64,000 nucleotides of DNA from an uncultured Bacteroides sp. (GTDB lineage: Bacteria > Bacteroidota > Bacteroidia > Bacteroidales > Bacteroidaceae): the NCBI GenBank assembly GCA_947074275.1, contig CAMTPA010000001.1, forward strand, positions 19,265 to 83,264, read 5' to 3'. How positions within the stretch are numbered: position 1 is the first letter of the stretch; every line of letters starts with the position of its first letter. Below, in pieces: positions 57,652-64,000 of the stretch. The position numbers and the translations under genes are program-made. Below the pieces are notes generated by a model that did no database searches, was not told the origin of the DNA, and was given only the letters and a program-made list of their open reading frames with translations.

Positions 57652-58080
57652 ATGGCTGTAACATATCACGCAGAAGGGACTAAAATGCCTGAGATAAAGA
57701 AACGAAACACCACGGAGTGGATTAAAGAGGTGGCTAACAGCTACGGGAAACGTCTCGGTGAAATCGCTTATATTTTCTGTTCGGACGAAAAAATATTGGA
57801 GGTGAATCGCCAATATTTAGAACACGATTACTACACCGACATCATCACCTTCGACTACACGGAAGGAGACAGAATATCGGGCGATTTGTTCATCAGCTTG
57901 GATACCGTAAAAACAAATGCGGAGCAATTCGCTCAAAGTTATGAGGAGGAATTGCACCGCACAATTATACACGGGATATTGCATCTTTGTGGCATCAACG
58001 ACAAAGGGCCAGGCGAGCGCGAAATAATGGAAGCCGCCGAAAACAAAGCGTTGTCGATGCTTGCCTGCAAAGAGGGCTAA
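57652..58080 (+). CDS. ybeY: rRNA maturation endoribonuclease YbeY
   Basis: 'N.QYL.HDYYTDIITF', 'GDLFIS', zinc motif 'HGILHLCGIND'. Confidence 0.95.
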   Translation: MAVTYHAEGTKMPEIKKRNTTEWIKEVANSYGKRLGEIAYIFCSDEKILEVNRQYLEHDYYTDIITFDYTEGDRISGDLFISLDTVKTNAEQFAQSYEEELHRTIIHGILHLCGINDKGPGEREIMEAAENKALSMLACKEG

Positions 58081-58091
58081 ATTTCAACTTA

Positions 58092-59009
58092 TCAGAAGTA
58101 GAGCCGAACACCACCTAAAAGATCGATGTGGCCGAGACCTTCGGTTTCATCTCTGAAGATGGTGTTCTCATTACGAAAATAAGAGGCCGATGTAACAGCT
58201 TTTGCCCCTATTCCCATAAATGGTAGAATCATATATTCGGCACCTACACTTACATCAAAGCAGGCACCACTCCTGGTCACCCAATGATCGTCGTAAGACA
58301 CATATCCCATCCCAATATCGACTTTAAACATCCAACGATTCAACCTCTGAACATATCCGATTTGAGGCGCAATGGTGTAGAGCGACAAAAAACCTTCGGG
58401 TACGTCCCTACTCTTGAAACGCGATACGTGAGCACCTATCGACCAACCTTTTCGGAGCACGTATTCGTATTGTAATTCCCATTTTATACCACCCATACCG
58501 CCTTTGAGACGATTGCCATATATATCATACAGTTTGCTTGTAATCCATCCATAACCCACGTTGAAGCTCACAATGTTGGCAGGAGGGGCAGATGCAGGAC
58601 GAATCCTGTTTACAACTTCGTGATATTCTTTACGGAAATTATCCAAAGAGGTGTCTATTGTATCGTTTGAATGAAGTATCAGCGCAGAAACCTGATGACA
58701 AGAACTCGACCAGCGATTGGGTGTTTGATGTGTCACTACATACAGCCCATTGCCTCCTTGTTCGGATGCTGCTTTTTTTGCCAACTGCATCACTCGGTCG
58801 TAGCCACAATTCACAGCAAATCCACCATCTTTCACACACACGCTACCAATGGCCCTGGCATTCGGAGGAAGCGAATCGCCTGCTTCATAAACAGCAACCT
58901 GCAACGGGGCAACAGTGGAAGGAAGAGCGGTTGATGTACGGGTAATTACTCGTGGCGAACAAGAGCAAAAAAAAGCGATGATAGAGAATAGATAAAATAA
59001 AGGTTTCAT
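58092..59009 (-). CDS. Lipoprotein-signal protein with an N-terminal YbjQ-like alpha/beta domain and a C-terminal approximately 8-stranded outer-membrane beta-barrel
   Basis: 'MKPLFYLFSIIAFFCSCS'; 'IGSV.VKDGG....CGYD..MQLAK..A...GGNGL'; alternating amphipathic strands ending in 'GGVRLYF'. Confidence 0.6.
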   Translation of the reverse strand: MKPLFYLFSIIAFFCSCSPRVITRTSTALPSTVAPLQVAVYEAGDSLPPNARAIGSVCVKDGGFAVNCGYDRVMQLAKKAASEQGGNGLYVVTHQTPNRWSSSCHQVSALILHSNDTIDTSLDNFRKEYHEVVNRIRPASAPPANIVSFNVGYGWITSKLYDIYGNRLKGGMGGIKWELQYEYVLRKGWSIGAHVSRFKSRDVPEGFLSLYTIAPQIGYVQRLNRWMFKVDIGMGYVSYDDHWVTRSGACFDVSVGAEYMILPFMGIGAKAVTSASYFRNENTIFRDETEGLGHIDLLGGVRLYF

Positions 59010-59130
59010 AGAATTCATTGTTTGTACAAAAAATAATAGTTTGCTGTTAACAAAGGTATTATGATTTACTTAAAAATCAAGAGTATTCATTCTTTTTCGT
59101 ACTTTTGCGGTGTAAAAAAGTTATCAAAAA

Positions 59131-61005
59131 ATGGATTTTAAATACGATGTAATTGTTATCGGAGCAGGACACGCTGGCTGTGAAGCCGCAGTAGCTGCAG
59201 CAAACTTAGGGTCGAAAACATGCCTGATAACAATGGATATGAATAAAATCGGGCAGATGAGTTGCAACCCAGCCGTGGGCGGTATTGCCAAAGGACAAAT
59301 TGTGCGTGAAATAGATGCGTTAGGAGGTATGATGGGGCTTATCACCGATCAGACGGCCATTCAGTTTCGCATTCTCAACCGCTCTAAAGGGCCTGCAATG
59401 TGGAGCCCTCGTGCGCAGTGCGACCGCAACAAGTTTATCTGGGCGTGGAGAGAAGTGATAGAAAACACTCCCAACCTACACGTGTGGCAAGACACCGTAA
59501 AAGAACTATTGGTAGAAAACGGAGAAGTCACAGGCGTGAAAACAGTGTGGGACGTTACATTTCAAGCAAAATGCGTGGTTATCACTGCTGGCACATTCCT
59601 CAACGGGCTGATGCACGTAGGCAAAAACATGCTTCCTGGCGGACGTATGGCCGAACCTGCTTCATATATGCTCACCGAATCAATTACCCAACACGGTATT
59701 ACGCACGATCGGATGAAAACAGGAACACCTGTGCGCATCGACGGACGCAGCGTACATTACGACCTGATGGAAACTCAAGATGGTGAGAATGATTTTCATA
59801 AATTCTCGTATATGAACACTGGCGTGCGCCACCTGAAACAATTGCAGTGCTGGACTTGCTATACCAACCCCGAAACCCATCGCATATTGAGAGAGGGACT
59901 GGTAGTATCTCCCCTATTCAACGGTCAAATTCAAAGCATCGGGCCACGTTATTGCCCCAGCATCGAAACTAAAATAGTCACCTTCCCCGACAAAGAGCAA
60001 CACCAACTATTCTTAGAGCCCGAAGGAGAAACCACGCAAGAGCTTTATCTAAATGGATTCTCTTCATCATTGCCAATGGATATTCAAATCAAAGCATTGA
60101 AGCAAATACCCGCTTTCAAAGATTTGGTTATCTATCGCCCTGGCTATGCTATCGAATACGATTTCTTCGACCCAACCCAACTGAAACATACGTTGGAATC
60201 GAAGGTTATCAAAAACTTATTCTTTGCAGGACAAGTGAACGGAACCACTGGTTACGAAGAAGCTGGAGGCCAAGGACTGATTGCAGGCATCAATGCACAC
60301 ATCAATTGCCACGGCGGAGAACCATTTACACTAAGTAGAGACGAAGCTTACATCGGTGTTTTGATAGACGATTTGGTGACCAAAGGAGTAGATGAACCTT
60401 ATCGAATGTTTACCTCACGTGCCGAATATCGTATTTTATTGCGTATGGATGATGCCGATATGCGATTGACAGAAAAGGCTCGCAAGCTGGGATTGGTGAA
60501 AGATGACCGTTATGAACTGCTAATCAAAAAACGTGAAGCAATCGAACGCATCGTCACTTTTGCCCGAACTTATTCGATAAAAGCGGTATTAATCAACGAT
60601 GCGCTCGAAGCATTAGGCACCACCCCATTGCGACAAGGCTGCAAACTAATCGACTTAATCAATCGCCCACAAATCACGATATGCAATATAGCCGAACATA
60701 TACCTGCATTCAAGAAAGTGCTCGATGAGATAACCGAGCGCAAAGAAGAAATCATCGAAGCAGCCGAAATCTTAATCAAATATGAAGGCTACATCCAACG
60801 CGAACGTGTAATTGCCGATAAACTTTCGCGATTGGAGTCAATCAAAATCAAAGGAAAGTTCGACTACAATTCGTTGCAATCACTATCGACCGAAGCTCGC
60901 CAAAAGCTTTCGAAGATAGACCCCGAAACCATTGCGCAGGCAAGTCGAATACCAGGCGTATCCCCCAGCGACATCAACGTGCTGCTGGTGCTTTCGGGAC
61001 GATAA
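59131..61005 (+). CDS. mnmG: tRNA uridine-5-carboxymethylaminomethyl(34) synthesis enzyme MnmG (GidA)
   Basis: 'VIVIGAGHAGCEAA', 'MSCNPAVGGIAKG', 'GPRYCPSIE', 'AGQVNGTTGYEEA', 'FTSRAEYR'. Confidence 0.98.
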   Translation: MDFKYDVIVIGAGHAGCEAAVAAANLGSKTCLITMDMNKIGQMSCNPAVGGIAKGQIVREIDALGGMMGLITDQTAIQFRILNRSKGPAMWSPRAQCDRNKFIWAWREVIENTPNLHVWQDTVKELLVENGEVTGVKTVWDVTFQAKCVVITAGTFLNGLMHVGKNMLPGGRMAEPASYMLTESITQHGITHDRMKTGTPVRIDGRSVHYDLMETQDGENDFHKFSYMNTGVRHLKQLQCWTCYTNPETHRILREGLVVSPLFNGQIQSIGPRYCPSIETKIVTFPDKEQHQLFLEPEGETTQELYLNGFSSSLPMDIQIKALKQIPAFKDLVIYRPGYAIEYDFFDPTQLKHTLESKVIKNLFFAGQVNGTTGYEEAGGQGLIAGINAHINCHGGEPFTLSRDEAYIGVLIDDLVTKGVDEPYRMFTSRAEYRILLRMDDADMRLTEKARKLGLVKDDRYELLIKKREAIERIVTFARTYSIKAVLINDALEALGTTPLRQGCKLIDLINRPQITICNIAEHIPAFKKVLDEITERKEEIIEAAEILIKYEGYIQRERVIADKLSRLESIKIKGKFDYNSLQSLSTEARQKLSKIDPETIAQASRIPGVSPSDINVLLVLSGR

Positions 61006-61013
61006 ACCGATAG

Positions 61014-61029
61014 CGTTTCACGTGAAACA
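61014..61029. other. parS-like centromere site (CGTTTCACGTGAAACA)
   Basis: 15 of 16 positions match the canonical parS TGTTNCACGTGAAACA, with a perfect 14-bp palindromic core, intergenic between mnmG and apt. Confidence 0.75.
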
Positions 61030-61053
61030 AACCATTTAACAAAACCATTTAAC

Positions 61054-61587
61054 TTGATGAATATGAGCAAAGAAAGACTAATTCAAAGTATAAGAACAAT
61101 ACCAAACTTTCCCATTCCTGGTATTTTATTCTACGACGTAACCACGCTCTTTAAAGATGCCGAATGTTTGCGTCTCCTATCGGATATGATGTATGAAGAA
61201 TACAAAGAGAGAGGTATCACCAAAGTAGTAGGTATTGAATCGAGAGGATTTATTATGGGTCCCGTTCTTGCCACCCGCGTAGATGCAGGCTTTATCACTG
61301 TGCGCAAACCCGGAAAACTCCCAGCCGAAACCATTCAACAAAGCTATGATAAGGAGTATGGCACAGACATCATCGAAATACACAAGGACGCTTTGACCGA
61401 AGACGATGTAGTGTTGCTGCACGACGACCTGCTTGCCACAGGGGGCACAATGCTTGCAGCAGTTGAATTGGTGAAAAAATTCAAGCCTAAAAAGATTTAT
61501 GTCAACTTCATCATCGAGCTATCCGAGCTAAAAGGAAGAGAGCTTTTTGGCAACGACGTAGAAATAGAATCTATCCTAACCGTTTAA
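61054..61587 (+). CDS. apt: Adenine phosphoribosyltransferase
   Basis: 'PNFP.PGILFYD', 'GIESRGFI', 'RKPGKLP', PRPP-binding 'HDDLLATGGT'. Confidence 0.96.
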   Translation: MMNMSKERLIQSIRTIPNFPIPGILFYDVTTLFKDAECLRLLSDMMYEEYKERGITKVVGIESRGFIMGPVLATRVDAGFITVRKPGKLPAETIQQSYDKEYGTDIIEIHKDALTEDDVVLLHDDLLATGGTMLAAVELVKKFKPKKIYVNFIIELSELKGRELFGNDVEIESILTV

Positions 61588-61619
61588 GCCGTTTAAAAGA
61601 TAATATTTTCTATATTTGC

Positions 61620-61648
61620 AGGGTGTAGTTTAGTCTACACCTTTTTTT
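61620..61648 (+). terminator. Intrinsic terminator of mnmG-apt overlapping the uvrC promoter
   Basis: AGGGTGTAG-TTTAGT-CTACACCTT followed by a T run; -7 TATATTTG at 61611-61618 immediately upstream. Confidence 0.65.
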
Positions 61649-61651
61649 GTT

Positions 61652-63469
61652 ATGGAAGCAAGCAAGAAAACATCTACCGAAGAGTACCTAAGAGGTATCG
61701 TATCCAACCTCCCCGAAACACCAGGTATTTACCAATACCTAAACACCGAGGGAACAATTATCTATGTAGGCAAAGCCAAGAATCTGAAAAGGCGCGTGGC
61801 CTCCTACTTCAATAAAGAGCATCAACCTGGCAAAACACGGGTATTAGTGAGCAAAATCGCCGATATACGCTACGTGATAGTTAGCACCGAAGAGGATGCG
61901 TTATTGTTGGAAAACAACCTGATAAAGAAATACAAACCACGCTACAACGTGTTGCTCAAAGATGATAAGACCTACCCTTCCATCTGCGTGCAAAACGAAT
62001 ATTTTCCACGCGTATTTAAAACGCGCAAAATTATCCGTAACGGGTCATCGTATTATGGGCCATACAGCCACGCACCGTCGATGAACGCACTACTCGATTT
62101 GATAAGGCATCTATACCCGTTACGAAGTTGCAATCTCAATCTTTCGCCCGAAAACATCAAGGCAGGCAAGTTTAATGTTTGCTTGGAATATCATATCAAA
62201 AACTGCGCAGGTCCGTGCATCGGGTTACAATCTTCCGATGAATACGCTAAAAACATTCTTCAAGTAAAAGAAATCCTGAAAGGGAACACGCAGGAAGTAA
62301 GCCGTTTACTTTTACAGCAAATGAACACACTTGCCAAAGAGATGCGTTTTGAAGAGGCTCAAAAAGTGAAAGAGAAATACACGTTGATAGAAAGCTACCG
62401 CGCCAAATCGGAAGTAGTAAGCTCTATCCTGCACAATATAGACGTTTTTTCTATCGAAGAGGACGAAAACGCCGCTTTCATCAACTATTTACACATCACC
62501 AACGGAGCTATCAACCAAGCATTCACCTTTGAATACAAAAAAAGATTGAATGAGACGAAAGAGGAGTTACTGTCATTGGGCATCATCGAAATGCGTGAAC
62601 GATACAAAAGTCTTTCGCGTGAAATCATCGTTCCTTTCGAGATGGATGTAGAGCTAAACAACGTGGTATTCACTGTGCCACAAAGAGGGGACAAAAAGAA
62701 ATTGCTCGATTTATCACAGTTGAACGTGAAGCAGTACAAGGCCGATAGGATGAAGCAAGCAGAAAAACTAAATCCCGAACAGCGAAGCATACGCTTGATG
62801 AAGGAGATTCAACAAGAACTCCATTTAGAGAAACTCCCAATGCAAATAGAGTGCTTTGACAACTCGAACATACAAGGAGCGGATGCGGTGGCTGCCTGTG
62901 TCGTTTTCAAAAAAGCCAAACCATCTAAAAAAGACTACCGGAAGTATAACATCAAAACCGTGGAGGGCGCCGACGACTATGCTTCGATGCGAGAGGTGGT
63001 AAAACGACGATATAAGCGCGCCTTAGAGGAAGAATCACCCCTGCCCGACCTAATTATTACCGACGGCGGGAAAGGGCAAATGGGAGCCGTAAAACAGGCT
63101 CTAAATGAAATTGGCGTGAACATTCCCATTGCGGGACTGGCGAAAGACAGAAAACACCGCACTTCGGAACTATTATATGGCTTTCCACCGCAAATTATAG
63201 GCTTAAAGCAAGGCACACCTTTGTTTCGGCTACTGGAACAAATACAAGACGAAGTACATCGCTTTGCCATTACTTTTCATCGAGATAAGCGTAGCAAAAG
63301 ACAAGTAGCATCGGCACTCGATGAAATCAAAGGTATCGGTGAGAAAAGCAAGACAGCCTTGCTACAAGAGTTTAAGAGCGTGAAGCGCATCAAAGAGGCT
63401 ACTATTGAGCAACTTGCTGGGGTGATAGGATTCTCGAAGGCACAACTTATCAAAGAGCAGCTTAAATAG
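61652..63469 (+). CDS. uvrC: Excinuclease ABC subunit C
   Basis: GIY-YIG 'PGIYQY...IYVGKAKNLKRRV.SYF', 'LLENNLIK...PRYN', 'ECFDNSN', 'DLIITDGGKGQ', 'DEVHRFAI.FHR', HhH 'IKGIGEK'. Confidence 0.98.
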   Translation: MEASKKTSTEEYLRGIVSNLPETPGIYQYLNTEGTIIYVGKAKNLKRRVASYFNKEHQPGKTRVLVSKIADIRYVIVSTEEDALLLENNLIKKYKPRYNVLLKDDKTYPSICVQNEYFPRVFKTRKIIRNGSSYYGPYSHAPSMNALLDLIRHLYPLRSCNLNLSPENIKAGKFNVCLEYHIKNCAGPCIGLQSSDEYAKNILQVKEILKGNTQEVSRLLLQQMNTLAKEMRFEEAQKVKEKYTLIESYRAKSEVVSSILHNIDVFSIEEDENAAFINYLHITNGAINQAFTFEYKKRLNETKEELLSLGIIEMRERYKSLSREIIVPFEMDVELNNVVFTVPQRGDKKKLLDLSQLNVKQYKADRMKQAEKLNPEQRSIRLMKEIQQELHLEKLPMQIECFDNSNIQGADAVAACVVFKKAKPSKKDYRKYNIKTVEGADDYASMREVVKRRYKRALEEESPLPDLIITDGGKGQMGAVKQALNEIGVNIPIAGLAKDRKHRTSELLYGFPPQIIGLKQGTPLFRLLEQIQDEVHRFAITFHRDKRSKRQVASALDEIKGIGEKSKTALLQEFKSVKRIKEATIEQLAGVIGFSKAQLIKEQLK

Positions 63470-63593
63470 ACGGAAACAATTATGCGTTCGCACATAAGCA
63501 CATAACAAGGATGTATGTGCTAAAAAAATGATAATTGATTATTTATCAGTTACAAATGGCTAATTTTGCAAACGGTTATAATAAAAATAAAAT

Positions 63594-64000
63594 ATGAGAG
63601 TAGTAATACAGCGGGTATCACACGCATCGGTCGCCATCGAAGACAAATGCAAATCGGCCATCCAGAAAGGCTTGCTCGTGTTGGTTGGAATCGAAAGCGA
63701 TGATACGAAAGAAGACATTGACTGGCTCTGTAAAAAGATTGTGAATCTACGAATATTCGACGATGAAAACGGGATAATGAACCGCTCCGTAATGGATATC
63801 GAAGGGGATATATTAGTGATTAGTCAGTTCACCCTACACGCATCTACCAAAAAGGGAAACAGACCTTCGTATATCAAGGCTGCAAAACACGATATATCCA
63901 TCCCACTCTACGAACAATTCTGCCACGAATTGAGTTGTTCATTAGGTAAGAATGTGGGCACAGGAACATTTGGGGCAGATATGAAAGTAGAGCTGCTCAA
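63594..64000 (+). CDS. dtd: D-aminoacyl-tRNA deacylase (3' end outside the window)
   Basis: Manual translation: MRVVIQRVSHASV...KIVNLRIFDDENG.MN.SV...SQFTL...KGNRPSY...TGTFGADMKVELLN; SQFTL signature present. Confidence 0.95.
   Translation, partial: MRVVIQRVSHASVAIEDKCKSAIQKGLLVLVGIESDDTKEDIDWLCKKIVNLRIFDDENGIMNRSVMDIEGDILVISQFTLHASTKKGNRPSYIKAAKHDISIPLYEQFCHELSCSLGKNVGTGTFGADMKVELL

Noticed and set aside
414-63501. The many short overlapping ORFs in the track (for example 20307-21038, 24959-25561, 32372-32893, 37685-38335, 46407-47381, 43565-43972)
   Set aside because: They are antisense or alternate-frame shadows of well-supported genes and show no recognisable motifs or initiation context.

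Overview
64 kb of a Bacteroidales chromosome (TAnnTTTG -7 promoter elements, SusC/SusD pairs, hybrid two-component systems and a T9SS C-terminal signal). From left to right: (1) the 5' part of a low-GC polysaccharide utilization locus (PUL) with tandem susC-susD-susC-susD, a truncated surface lipoprotein and a divergent HTCS; (2) core genes DUF2851, dapB, lepB, a second S26 paralogue that lacks both catalytic residues, and wbqC; (3) a minimal PUL (HTCS, susC, susD, GH115) beside a T9SS-secreted non-catalytic protein with two CBM-like domains, whose promoter carries the same 21-bp-periodic operator; (4) SIMPL, an M16 peptidase and a coupled LOG-SIS-PfkB-CBM9-like operon; (5) an accessory module made of a membrane-anchored TPR-AraC regulator, an orphan type V pilin-like lipoprotein with GLUG repeats and an unannotated 36-aa peptide ORF; (6) core genes tlpA-like, ruvB, flippase, DUF389, S46 peptidase, EamA, PTP-like lipoprotein, DEAD-box helicase, AlkD-like, SpmAB-like, ybeY, mnmG, apt, uvrC and dtd (truncated), with a lipoprotein/beta-barrel gene between ybeY and mnmG and a parS-like palindrome after mnmG. 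Three intergenic arrays of 22-bp quasi-palindromic units form a dispersed repeat family. No tRNA, rRNA, CRISPR array, transposase, integrase or reverse transcriptase was recognised. All calls come from reading motifs by eye; no searches were run.
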